DNA of 64,000 nt from Candidatus Methanomethylicia archaeon (lineage in GTDB: Archaea > Thermoproteota > Methanomethylicia > Nezhaarchaeales > B40-G2), in assembly GCA_029259155.1 (NCBI GenBank), contig JAPDJI010000001.1, positions 1-64,000 of the forward strand, given 5' to 3'. The position numbers and the translations under genes are program-made. The notes below the pieces were generated by a model. It saw nothing but the letters and a program-made list of their open reading frames with translations, did not search any database and was not told the origin of the DNA. Positions 49,641-59,309 of this stretch are shown here, piece by piece. How positions within the stretch are numbered: position 1 is the first letter of the stretch; each line of letters begins with the position of its first letter.

Positions 49641-52568
49641 ATGGCCACTACGCCATCTTCAGTTCAGTTAAACTGGCAGGAGATCGAGGAGAAATGGAGG
49701 AGACGCTGGGAGGAGGCTAAGGTATTTGAAGCGGACCCTGACCCATCGAAACCTAAATACTACTTAACGGTCGCCTACCCTTACCCCAATTCACCTCAAC
49801 ACATCGGTCACGGTAGAACCTACACGATTACGGACGTCTATGCTAGGTTCTTGAGGATGAAGGGGTTCAACGTTCTCCTCCCTATGGCTTTCCATTACAC
49901 CGGTACACCTATCTTAGCCATGGCTAGAAGGCTAGCTTCGGGGGATGAGGAGCTCAGTGAAACCTTCCTCAAGATTTACAAGGTACCGGAAGAGCTATTA
50001 TCAGAGTTTACAGACCCCTTGAAGATTGCTAGGTATTTTCATGAGGAGATCAAGGCCGGAATGAGAGAGATTGGATACTCCATCGACTGGCGTAGGGAGT
50101 TCACCACGATAGACCCTGAATATAACCGGTTTATCGAGTGGCAGTTCCATAAGCTTCACGAGAGAGGCTTCATAACTAAGGGAAGCCACCCTGTAGGCTG
50201 GTGTCCTAAATGTCAGAACCCTGTTGGCCAACACGACACTAAAGGTGATGTAGAGCCTGAGATAGGCCAGTTTACCTTAATCAAGTTTAGGCTAAGCGAC
50301 TTCATATTGCCCACCGCTACGCTTAGGCCTGAGACGGTTTTCGGAGTAACCAACCTCTGGCTTAAGCCTAATTCGCGCTACGTTAAAGCGAAGGTGAATG
50401 GAGAGACCTGGCTCATAAGCCCTAAATGCGCGGAGAAGCTTATTTTCCTCAACTTTAAGGTAGAGGTTCTTGAAGAGGTTGATAGCGATCAAGTCATTGG
50501 TAAACAAGCCGTAAACCCCGCTACGGGACGAAGAGTACTGGTGCTTCCAGGAGACTTCGTAGACCTAGACAACGCTACAGGAGTAGTTATGTCAGTACCT
50601 GCCCACGCGCCTTACGACCTAGTGGCTTTAAGGCAGTTAAAGGGAGCCTCGGCCATACTTGAACGTCATGGTTTAAGCCCTGAAGAAGTTGTTAAGATTG
50701 AGCCCATACCGATTATCTCTACACCGGGCTATGGCGAAGTACCAGCAGCTACTGTTGTGGATAAGATGGGTATTAAAGATCAGCTCGACCCTAAGCTGGA
50801 AGATGCCACTAAGGAACTCTACAGGGTAGAGTTCCACTCAGGGTTAATGAAGGACAATACAGGGCCCTACGCAGGCTTATCGGTTGTTGAAGCGAGAGAC
50901 AAGGTCAAGGAAGATCTAGCTAAAGCAGGCGATGCAAGTTTCATGTATGAGCTCCTCAATCGCCCCGTGCACTGTAGGTGTGGAGCAGAGTGTGTGGTGA
51001 AGGTTTTTGAAGATCAGTGGTTCATAAACTACGGTGACCCTGTCTGGAAGAAATTAGCGCATGAATGCCTAGATAATATGAGCTTCATACCTGAGGAGCT
51101 CAGGGCAGAATTTAGTTATGTTCTGGATTGGCTGAAGGAGAAGGCTTGCGCCCGCCGGTCAGGGCTTGGAACGAAGCTCCCATGGGACCCTGAATGGATC
51201 ATTGAGAGCCTCTCAGACTCCACGATATACATGGCGTACTACACCATAGCTAGCGTGATAAAGAAAAAGGAAGTGAAGGCAGAGCAGCTTACCGACGAGG
51301 TCTTTGACTACGTTTTCTTAGGTAAGGGGACAGTCACGGATATTTCGATTAAGACTGGCATACCTGTAGATACTTTAGAGGAGATGCGGCGTCAGTTCAC
51401 TTATTTCTATCCATTGGATAGTAGGCATTCAGGTAGAGATCTTTTATGGAACCACCTGGCCTTTATGGTGTTTAACCACGTAGCTATCTTTCCGCGTGAA
51501 CACTGGCCTAAGCAGATCGTAGTTAATGGAAGTGTGTTGATGGAAGGCAAGAAAATGTCCAAGTCCATGGGAAACATCATTCCGCTGAGGGAAGGCATCA
51601 AGGTTTATGGAGCTGATCCTCTAAGACTGGCGCTCTTAATATCAGCTGAGTTGATGGCTGACGCTGACTTCAGCCCTGCTCTAGCTAAATCGATGGATGA
51701 GAGACTACGCCGCCTCTACGGCCTAGCTTCCTGGGTAATAAGTCTCGGAGGCTCGCCCAATAACTTAAAACTTATTGATAAATGGTTGCTCAGCCGTCTT
51801 CAAAGATATGTGAAGGCAGCTACTGAAGCCATGGAGAAGGTACGAGTCAGGGAGGCCTGTCACGTAGCCCTCTTCAACATCGACCGAGACCTTCAATGGT
51901 ATCTTAAGCGCTGCTCAAGAGACCTTGAAGACGGAGCTAGAAGAGGAACCGTGGCAGATGTACTAAAGAAAGCCCTAAACATTCAGGTCAGGCTGCTGGC
52001 ACCTATGGCACCACATCTCTGCGAGGAAATATGGGAGATGATGGGAGAGGAAGGTTTCATTTCTGTGGCTGCTTGGCCCAGCTTTGACGAAAGCCTAGTG
52101 GACGTAGAGGCCGAGCTTGCGGAGGAGCTAATTAAATCCACACTCGAGGACGTTAAAAGCATCTTAGAGGTATTGAAGACTAGGCCCGCATCAGCTCATT
52201 TCTATGTAGCCTCTGACTGGAAGTGGAAGGCTTACAGGATAGTGGCGGACGCTCTTTCTAGGGGCTTAGAGCTCGGGGTGGTCCTCAAGGAGACCATGGG
52301 TAAGGAGGAGTTTAGGAAGATAGGTGGAGCTGCAGCAAATTGTGTCAAACGTATTTACAGCTCTCTCCTCGAGCTACCACAGGAAGAGAGGTCGAAGAGA
52401 GCTTCTATTAAAATAGATGAATACGAGGTGCTTAATGAAGCCAAACCCTTCTTTGAGAAGGAGCTTGGCTTGAGGATCTATATCTACAGGGAGGATGAGT
52501 CTAAGTACGACCCAAAAGGAAAAGCGCAGCAAGCGCTTCCATACAGGCCAGCCATCTACCTAGAATAG
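49641..52568 (+). CDS. leuS: Leucine-tRNA ligase (archaeal type)
   Basis: AYPYPNSPQHIGH, ATLRPET, GVVMSVPAHAPYD (editing domain), KMSKS, A.P.RPAIYLE. Confidence 0.97.
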   Translation: MATTPSSVQLNWQEIEEKWRRRWEEAKVFEADPDPSKPKYYLTVAYPYPNSPQHIGHGRTYTITDVYARFLRMKGFNVLLPMAFHYTGTPILAMARRLASGDEELSETFLKIYKVPEELLSEFTDPLKIARYFHEEIKAGMREIGYSIDWRREFTTIDPEYNRFIEWQFHKLHERGFITKGSHPVGWCPKCQNPVGQHDTKGDVEPEIGQFTLIKFRLSDFILPTATLRPETVFGVTNLWLKPNSRYVKAKVNGETWLISPKCAEKLIFLNFKVEVLEEVDSDQVIGKQAVNPATGRRVLVLPGDFVDLDNATGVVMSVPAHAPYDLVALRQLKGASAILERHGLSPEEVVKIEPIPIISTPGYGEVPAATVVDKMGIKDQLDPKLEDATKELYRVEFHSGLMKDNTGPYAGLSVVEARDKVKEDLAKAGDASFMYELLNRPVHCRCGAECVVKVFEDQWFINYGDPVWKKLAHECLDNMSFIPEELRAEFSYVLDWLKEKACARRSGLGTKLPWDPEWIIESLSDSTIYMAYYTIASVIKKKEVKAEQLTDEVFDYVFLGKGTVTDISIKTGIPVDTLEEMRRQFTYFYPLDSRHSGRDLLWNHLAFMVFNHVAIFPREHWPKQIVVNGSVLMEGKKMSKSMGNIIPLREGIKVYGADPLRLALLISAELMADADFSPALAKSMDERLRRLYGLASWVISLGGSPNNLKLIDKWLLSRLQRYVKAATEAMEKVRVREACHVALFNIDRDLQWYLKRCSRDLEDGARRGTVADVLKKALNIQVRLLAPMAPHLCEEIWEMMGEEGFISVAAWPSFDESLVDVEAELAEELIKSTLEDVKSILEVLKTRPASAHFYVASDWKWKAYRIVADALSRGLELGVVLKETMGKEEFRKIGGAAANCVKRIYSSLLELPQEERSKRASIKIDEYEVLNEAKPFFEKELGLRIYIYREDESKYDPKGKAQQALPYRPAIYLE

Positions 52569-52579
52569 TAAAATGCGAA

Positions 52580-53734
52580 TTAAACCTCCTCTCTGAGGAT
52601 TTCTTTTAGATCTCTCATAAACCTGGTGATGTGTCTAAGTTTGACGTGAGGCATGACCACGATCCTTATGAAACCTCTAACTGTTGATATGGCCCATCCC
52701 CTCCTACGGAGCTTCTCAGCCACAGCTTCAACCTTTACTCCGTCGAAAGTTATCCCCACTACGTTCATTACAGGCTTTCTGACTAGCCTAGCCTTAGGGA
52801 TACGTTCAACCTCAATAGCGATTATCTCAGTGAGCTCCATGCATCTAGCCACTACTTTCCTGTAACCTTCTCTTCCGAGGTGTTTGAAGAGTGCCCAAAC
52901 AGCTATGGCTGAAGCCCCGGGCCTCGTGCCGGTAATGGTATATTGGAGAGCAGGCCCCCCACTCAGGTATGGTAGGTTAAAGCTTAAAGGTTTCAATGAT
53001 TCCTCATCCCTGAAAAGTATCCCTCCTGCCGGTATAGGTACCATACCCATCTTGTGAGGGTCTACAGTTATCGAAGCCACCCCCTGAAGCTTAAAGTCGA
53101 AGTCTGGAACCTTGTAGCCTAGTTCCTTCAGGAAAGGGATGACGAGACCTCCGAAGGCAGCATCGACGTGTAGGTGTATATCATAGCTTAAGGCAAGCTC
53201 GCTAAGTTCAGGAATAGGGTCTATGACGCCTAGATCGGTGGTTCCAGCTATGCTCACTATGGCTGCGGTATCATCATTAATGAGCCGTCTAACTGCGTCT
53301 ACGTCGACTTCACCCTCCTCAGTGACTGGTGCTTTAACTAACTTTAACCCCAATAAGGCAGCTGCTTTATCTATTGAAGCATGGCAGGAGGCGGAGGCCA
53401 CTACTTGTCTTTTGTTTAGTTTATCCCTAGCTGACCATAAGGCGAGGATGTTTGCTTCACTCCCCCCTGAGACGATGAAGCCAGGGGCGTCGGGTTTAGA
53501 CATTAATGAAGCGAGCATGCATATTGCTTCTCGCTCCACCTCTACGGTTCCTTGGAAGAGGCCTGGGTCTCCAAGGTTCTTTTCGAGGTGCTTCTGGAAT
53601 ACTTCTTTAGCGAAGGGGTGAGGCTTAGTACACATAGACCCTAATATGAGGCCTGAAGTGTAGGTTAAGTCGCGTTTAAGCTTCTCGCTTAATTGCTTCA
53701 AAACCTCCGCTTGATTCATCCCTCTTTCATCCAA
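52580..53734 (-). CDS. mfnA: PLP-dependent L-aspartate/L-tyrosine decarboxylase
   Basis: ILGSMCT.PH, NLGDPGLF.GT, SGGSEAN, HVDAAFGG, DPHKMG; last gene of the CoA operon. Confidence 0.9.
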   Translation of the reverse strand: MDERGMNQAEVLKQLSEKLKRDLTYTSGLILGSMCTKPHPFAKEVFQKHLEKNLGDPGLFQGTVEVEREAICMLASLMSKPDAPGFIVSGGSEANILALWSARDKLNKRQVVASASCHASIDKAAALLGLKLVKAPVTEEGEVDVDAVRRLINDDTAAIVSIAGTTDLGVIDPIPELSELALSYDIHLHVDAAFGGLVIPFLKELGYKVPDFDFKLQGVASITVDPHKMGMVPIPAGGILFRDEESLKPLSFNLPYLSGGPALQYTITGTRPGASAIAVWALFKHLGREGYRKVVARCMELTEIIAIEVERIPKARLVRKPVMNVVGITFDGVKVEAVAEKLRRRGWAISTVRGFIRIVVMPHVKLRHITRFMRDLKEILREEV

Positions 53735-53755
53735 GCGAAAAAGCCTCCCTGCAGG

Positions 53756-54547
53756 CTAAAGGGATAAAAGCACGCCTTTCTCTGCTAGTTCAGCCAATCT
53801 TTCAAGGATGTGAGCTATTGCTTCGCTCAAGACCTGCTTGTTATCGTAGTTTTCAATGTTCTGCCTCAGCTCATCGATAGGTACTTTACGTAAAGCTCTA
53901 GCCTCCTCTACCATTCTAGGCAACGCCCTTACTACGTTGTCTACAATGGTCACCGAGGCGGTTTGCGCCGTCCTGCTTAAAGGGTTCAAGTCTATCGCTA
54001 TCACAGTTTTACCTAGACGTCTCAAAGCGTCTGTGCGATCTCCGTCTTCAAGGGGTACTAGGACAACATCGGCTTTAAAGATACCTTCTGGGTCAACTTT
54101 TCTACGCTCACTCTGTAGCTCAGGTATCTTAGCTGAGGCGGCTTCACCTACGCCCAACACTTGTGTAGCTCCAGCCTTCATTAATGCCTCGGCTATGAGC
54201 TCCTCTCTACGTTTAGACCTATAGAAGAGATTGACTTCAAGCTTAGCTTTTACTTCCTTAGCTAGCTCAACGAGACTTTCAGCAGCTAAGGCAGCTGTGT
54301 TACCGTTAACCGATATCACTGGGTATTTGGCAAGAAGTAGATGGGCTACTGCTGCTTTGATAGCCTTGAGCGCGTAAGGCTGGGTTTGTTCACCTATCAG
54401 GTAATCGAAGGCTTCACCTCTACCGTGAGCTATCAGCCCAGCCTCGACGACCAGCCCTTTCTTATAGCCTTCTGTTAACCTATGTCTAATCTTAAGCGAC
54501 TCTGCTCGTGGATGGTCTGGAGGTATGGTTTCTACTAATTCCTCCAC
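53756..54547 (-). CDS. pps: 4-phosphopantoate--beta-alanine ligase (phosphopantothenate synthetase)
   Basis: HPRAESL, GLIAHGRGEAFDYLIGE, SVNGN, VPLEDGDR, IDLNPLSRT. Confidence 0.93.
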   Translation of the reverse strand: MEELVETIPPDHPRAESLKIRHRLTEGYKKGLVVEAGLIAHGRGEAFDYLIGEQTQPYALKAIKAAVAHLLLAKYPVISVNGNTAALAAESLVELAKEVKAKLEVNLFYRSKRREELIAEALMKAGATQVLGVGEAASAKIPELQSERRKVDPEGIFKADVVLVPLEDGDRTDALRRLGKTVIAIDLNPLSRTAQTASVTIVDNVVRALPRMVEEARALRKVPIDELRQNIENYDNKQVLSEAIAHILERLAELAEKGVLLSL

Positions 54548-55440
54548 CTTACTCCCTCCATAGCTTTGACTAGTTTCGTTAAGGCCTCGTTTAATGGGGC
54601 CTCCATACCTACCTGTTGAGCTGACCTCACTATAGCTCCATTTATGTAGTCCACCTCCGTCCTCTTCTTCCTTTCAAGGTCCTGCAGCATGGAGTTCTTG
54701 TTATTAGCAGTATCCTTCGCTACCTTAAAGGTCAACTCGACAGGATCTATGCCTAGCTCAACCCCCATCTTTTTAGCTATACTCGCTCCTTCCTCCACGA
54801 CCGCCTTCATGAGGCTCCTTAGCCATCCAACCTCCAAAAGCTCTCCATTCCTAAGCCCAGTTATAGCTCCTAATGGGTTTATGCCTGCATTCACTAAGGT
54901 CTTTATCCACACCACTTCCGCTATGTTGTCTACCTTCCTAGCCGGCAAGCCCGAAGCGTTAAGCATGGTTACTAGTTTCTCCATGAGAACTCCACGTCCA
55001 CCGATCAGAGTTTCGCCTACGCCAGTATGAAGTACTGTTCCTGGCTGAGCTAACATTGCTCCATTGTTTGTCACCCCCCTAAACACCACTGTACCGAGTA
55101 CTCTGGAGGCCTCCTCTTCTACACCTAGCCCGTTCTGTAAACATAGAGGAACAGCTTGTTTCTCGACTAGTCTTTTAACTTGCTTGGCTGCTTCGGCCGT
55201 GTCGTAAGCCTTGACGGTTATCAACACCAGGTCGAAGTCTCCTTTAGCTTCTTCAGGTTTTTCGTGAGCATCCACCTTCACAGTGAAGCTGCCTAAAGGA
55301 CCCTCTACCCTAAGCCCTCGACTCCTTACAGCTTCTACATGAGCCCTCCTACCTACAAGCACCACCTCGGCTCCTGCTTTGGCTAAGAAGCCTCCCATGA
55401 GGCTTCCTATTGCCCCAGCCCCCATAATGAGGGCTTTCAA
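54535..55440 (-). CDS. panE: Ketopantoate reductase
   Basis: GAGAIG, VKAYD, LQNGLG, W.K..VNA.INP, NSMLQD.....TEVDYING. Confidence 0.92.
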   Translation of the reverse strand: MKALIMGAGAIGSLMGGFLAKAGAEVVLVGRRAHVEAVRSRGLRVEGPLGSFTVKVDAHEKPEEAKGDFDLVLITVKAYDTAEAAKQVKRLVEKQAVPLCLQNGLGVEEEASRVLGTVVFRGVTNNGAMLAQPGTVLHTGVGETLIGGRGVLMEKLVTMLNASGLPARKVDNIAEVVWIKTLVNAGINPLGAITGLRNGELLEVGWLRSLMKAVVEEGASIAKKMGVELGIDPVELTFKVAKDTANNKNSMLQDLERKKRTEVDYINGAIVRSAQQVGMEAPLNEALTKLVKAMEGVRWRN

Positions 55441-55453
55441 GGTCTACCAACCT

Positions 55454-56767
55454 TTAACCGATGATTTTCTCCCATTTCTTTAACCGAAGTACTTGTGACA
55501 GCGTGCTTCCTCGCTTAATCTCCTCTCTGACTCTATTCTCTTTCTCCAAGACATCCATAGCTCTATTAGCCATCTCTACTGCTAGCTCTTGAGGTACTAC
55601 CACTACTCCGTTGTCATCACCTATTACCCAGTCCCCAGGCCTGATCTTCACTCCGCCGCATGTGATCTCCACGTTAAGCTCTCCGAAGCCTTTAGGGTCG
55701 CCGGCTGTTGGGTTGATGTGGCGGGCGAACGCTGGGAAACCCAGCGCCCTTATCTCATCAACGTCTCTAATCGCCCCGTCAATCACCACCCCTCTAATCC
55801 CCTTGACCACACAGCTCCACGTGGCCAGCTCGCCCCAGACAGCTTTTTCACCGCCTGAAGCGTCAATAACTATGACACTGCCTGGAGGAGCATGGTCTAT
55901 GGCCTCTACAGGCTTAGCCCAGTCGCCTGGATAGGTCCTAACGGTGAAGGCTCTCCCAGCCATTTTAGCTCCAGGCGTTATAGGCCTTATTTCCTTTAAC
56001 TCGCCTCTACGCTGCATCGCATCTGATACATTAGGGGTGGAGACCTTCATAAACACTTCATAGAGGTCCTCCTCGCCGTATTTCTTGTAAAGCTTGGTTT
56101 CTATTGGTTTCCTGGTCAACATGGCCTGCTTAACGACCTTGGCGGCTTCCTCGGCATTCTCGGCCTTTATTATAGCGCCTCCCACGATAATAATACTAGC
56201 TCCAAGCTCCACAGCTTTAGCCGCTGTTTCGCTATTGATCCCTCCGGCTATAGCCACGGGGCGTTGAACTACAGAGACCACTTGGGAAAGGAGCTGAAGC
56301 GGATCGGTACCTTTCATCTGTTGATCTATGCCTACATGTACACAGATGTAGTCTACCCCTAACTCCTCTACCTGTTTAGCTCTTTGCACAGGGTCTTCGG
56401 CGTTGATCAGGTCAACCATCACCCTGGCTCCATAACGCCTGGCAGCTTCCACAGCCTCGCGTATAGTAGAGTCATCGGCTACTCCTAGCACTATAACTAC
56501 ATCGGCTCCGGCCTTCGCGGCTATCTCTACCTCAGCGGCTCCGGTATCCATGGTTTTCATGTCAGCAACTATTACCTTGCCTGGGAAGCTTCTCTTAAGC
56601 CTCCTAACAGCCTCTAACCCCTCGCTCTTAATGAGCGGGGTTCCAGCCTCCACCCAGTCTACGCCGCCTCGAATAGCTTCTTCGGCTATTTCCAGCGCTC
56701 TATCTAGGTCAGGAAAGTCCAAAGCTAATTGAAGCGCAGGAGAGTGAGGAGACGGATTAAAGCTCAC
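55454..56767 (-). CDS. Hexulose-6-phosphate synthase domain fused to an RraA/HMG-aldolase-like domain
   Basis: N-terminal LQLALD, EAGTPLIK, ADMKTMDTG, HVGIDQQ; C-terminal STPNVSDAM, AVWGELA, DGAIRDVDEI, GDDNGVVVVP. Confidence 0.88.
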   Translation of the reverse strand: MSFNPSPHSPALQLALDFPDLDRALEIAEEAIRGGVDWVEAGTPLIKSEGLEAVRRLKRSFPGKVIVADMKTMDTGAAEVEIAAKAGADVVIVLGVADDSTIREAVEAARRYGARVMVDLINAEDPVQRAKQVEELGVDYICVHVGIDQQMKGTDPLQLLSQVVSVVQRPVAIAGGINSETAAKAVELGASIIIVGGAIIKAENAEEAAKVVKQAMLTRKPIETKLYKKYGEEDLYEVFMKVSTPNVSDAMQRRGELKEIRPITPGAKMAGRAFTVRTYPGDWAKPVEAIDHAPPGSVIVIDASGGEKAVWGELATWSCVVKGIRGVVIDGAIRDVDEIRALGFPAFARHINPTAGDPKGFGELNVEITCGGVKIRPGDWVIGDDNGVVVVPQELAVEMANRAMDVLEKENRVREEIKRGSTLSQVLRLKKWEKIIG

Positions 56768-57666
56768 TTCTCCACCACCCTTGCCCCATAGGGATCGATA
56801 CGTGAAGTGAAGTATCTTGTCTTAGGTAGAAAGGCGCCAAATACCTTCAATACCTCCTCTACGTCACGCTCTCTAACGAGAGCGAAGGCGACTCTCTTCT
56901 TGACAGAGAAGCCTAGGGCTCCAGCCTCGACCGAAGCGGCCATGAACTTTTTCAGAGCTGCGTCTACGAAGCCAACCTCCTCAGCGAAGCGAGCTGAAAG
57001 CTGGATAAACCTTGAAGGGGTGGGTTGAGCTAAGAAACTGCTTAGAGCCCACCTGCCAACTTTATTGATCTTCTCCTTCATGCTTGGGTTGGTGATCATG
57101 CTACTAGTTTTATAGATACCTAGTGGAGCACAAACCACGGTTATCTCAGAGCTCGGTACTTTCTCTACCAACCCTACGCCAGGAGCCCCTGGGCTCTTTC
57201 TAATCTCTAAGCCCCCTACGAGCTGGCCTGCTACGTCTCCTAAGCCTGTCCTATACTTCACCTCAGCTATGTGTGCTGCCTTTGCTGTCTCTACCTTTGT
57301 GAGCCCAAGCTTCAGTGCTTCGTTAACCGCTAAAGCCGTGCTTAAAGCTCCTGCGCCGCTAGAACCGAAGCCTGAACCTATGGGTACCTGGAACCTATGC
57401 GTTACCACCACTCTATAGGGTTTATCGGCTAGTTTAAGCAGCTCCTCTACGGTCCTCTTAGTCACCTTGAAGTCTACGACCTTTGAGCCTAGCTTAACCA
57501 CCACTATGTTCCTATGGCTTCGACGAACCTCTACCTCCGTAAGCACGCCTAGGTTAATGGAGACCCCTGCCCCCCTAGACCCTATTAAAAGGGGGTTGGA
57601 GCTTGTATCGCATATCTCGAAGAAGCCGGTTATGTGAGCTGGGCTAAAGGCATATGCCTTAGCCGT
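56764..57666 (-). CDS. pok: Pantoate kinase (GHMP family)
   Basis: AFSPAHITGFF, GSRGAG, PIGSGFGSSGA, AHIAEV...TGLGDV. The conserved N-terminus lies upstream of the ORF-track start; start proposed at ACG 57666. Confidence 0.88.
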   Translation of the reverse strand, partial: TAKAYAFSPAHITGFFEICDTSSNPLLIGSRGAGVSINLGVLTEVEVRRSHRNIVVVKLGSKVVDFKVTKRTVEELLKLADKPYRVVVTHRFQVPIGSGFGSSGAGALSTALAVNEALKLGLTKVETAKAAHIAEVKYRTGLGDVAGQLVGGLEIRKSPGAPGVGLVEKVPSSEITVVCAPLGIYKTSSMITNPSMKEKINKVGRWALSSFLAQPTPSRFIQLSARFAEEVGFVDAALKKFMAASVEAGALGFSVKKRVAFALVRERDVEEVLKVFGAFLPKTRYFTSRIDPYGARVVEK

Positions 57667-57672
57667 GATCTT

Positions 57673-58926
57673 TCACCCCTTAAGCCTCATCCGCTCAGCA
57701 GCTATGTCTAATATCGCCTTAGCCACCTCCCTCTTCGAGGAGAGTGGCACGTGAACTATGCGACATTCCCTATCTATGATGAATACTTCGTTAGTATCAT
57801 GTCTGAACCCGCAACCCTTCCTGCTTAGGTCGTTAGCCACTATGAGGTCCATGTCGGCCTCCTCGAGCCTCTCGTAAGCCTTCTTGACCAGCTCTTCGTC
57901 TGAAACTCCATACTCTGCCTTAAACCCTATGAAGAAGGCTTTAGGAGCTAGCTTCCTGATGCTCATAGATATCTTAGGCCTAGGCTCAAGCTTAACTTCC
58001 AGAGTGGACGTGCCTGAAGGAATCTTATATGGGTAAGTGTGACTGAACCCATAATCTAGGGGCGCAGCGGCTAGGATGATGATATCGTAAGAGTTCTTAG
58101 AGATCTCCTCATCGACAGCATCATACATCTCCTTAGTGGTTACCACCTCTACTGCCTTGACCCCTGGAGGAGGGTTATATGTAGAGTTCGTGGGTCCTTT
58201 AATTAAGGTAACTTGTCCCCCTCTCCTCCAGGCTTCTTCGACTAGGGCAAACCCCATCTTTCCTGAACTGGGATTAGTTAAGTATCGGACCATATCCAGG
58301 GGCTCTAGCGTAGGGCCAGCGGTGACGAGGAACTTAAGTCCTTTAAACTGGTCTCTACGCTCCAAGAGATCTACAACCTTCTCCACGACCTCTGTGATGG
58401 GAGGTATCTTAGCCTTCCCCTCTTCCCACCTAGGTTCTACCACCTCCACACCCATCTCTTTAAGTAGAGCTAAGCTACGTTGAAACGCAGGGTTCTTGTA
58501 GAGAGAAGCGTGCATGGATGGAACGAGAACCACAGGTATACGTGAACCGAGGGCTGAAGCTACCACTGCTGTCACAGCGGTGTCACAGATGCCATGAGCT
58601 GCTTTACTGACCGTGTTAGCTGTAGCTGGAGCCACTAGGACTAGGTCGACCTTTCCCTCTCCTTCCCCAGCCAAGGCTATATGTTCAATGTTTCCCGTGA
58701 GCCTAGTAACCACGGGGTTACCAGTAGCCCACTCCATGAACTTGGGATGTATGAGCCTGCTTGCAGCTTTGCTCATAATGACGTAGACTTCTGCTCCAAG
58801 CCTCATTAACTCCCTAGCCAGCTCAGGACACTTATAGGCCGCAGCACTACCAGTAATACATAGAGCTATCTTTCGCCCTTTAAGGGTCTGTCCTTTAGTC
58901 CCTATGATATCCTTAGATGGGTGCAG
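57673..58926 (-). CDS. coaBC: Bifunctional phosphopantothenoylcysteine decarboxylase/synthetase
   Basis: HPSKDI, CITGSAAAYK, APATANT, PSMH, TAGPT.E.LD.VRYLTN.SSGKMG, GFKAE, ANDL. Start proposed at CTG 58926. Confidence 0.92.
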   Translation of the reverse strand: MHPSKDIIGTKGQTLKGRKIALCITGSAAAYKCPELARELMRLGAEVYVIMSKAASRLIHPKFMEWATGNPVVTRLTGNIEHIALAGEGEGKVDLVLVAPATANTVSKAAHGICDTAVTAVVASALGSRIPVVLVPSMHASLYKNPAFQRSLALLKEMGVEVVEPRWEEGKAKIPPITEVVEKVVDLLERRDQFKGLKFLVTAGPTLEPLDMVRYLTNPSSGKMGFALVEEAWRRGGQVTLIKGPTNSTYNPPPGVKAVEVVTTKEMYDAVDEEISKNSYDIIILAAAPLDYGFSHTYPYKIPSGTSTLEVKLEPRPKISMSIRKLAPKAFFIGFKAEYGVSDEELVKKAYERLEEADMDLIVANDLSRKGCGFRHDTNEVFIIDRECRIVHVPLSSKREVAKAILDIAAERMRLKG

Positions 58927-59309
58927 CGTTTAACACCGAGCCGCCGGGGCTCGTGCATAGTACGTTTGTATAGTGAAAAAACTTATGTAAGTAGGTTACC
59001 TACGATGTAGAAACCTATTATAACCTACGTAATCTTAGTAGATAAAAAGAAAACTAGACTAGTTCTAAGTTTTTTGATCGGCATAGAACCTTAAATGCTA
59101 CAAGTATAGTTTTTATAACTTTATAGTTGTTAATTAATCTCCATTTGGATCCCTTTTCTCCATTATAGATTAAGGAATTGCTGCCGATAAACTATACTTA
59201 CATTGCCTTGGCTGACAAAGCTCTTTGTAAGATGTAGACTATATCTTAGAATTTGAGTGTAAAAAGCTAATGGTGATGTGTTATTACGCCGTCTTTGTCC
59301 ACGAGCCGT

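Noticed and set aside
52580-53734. mfnA as evidence of methanofuran synthesis or methanogenesis
   Set aside because: Its position in the CoA operon favours aspartate decarboxylation to beta-alanine, and no other methanogenesis genes are in the window.
57673-57675. Selenocysteine recoding at the coaBC/pok TGA
   Set aside because: The position is a linker, not a catalytic Cys site; CoaBC ends at its normal length and no SECIS-like element was recognised.
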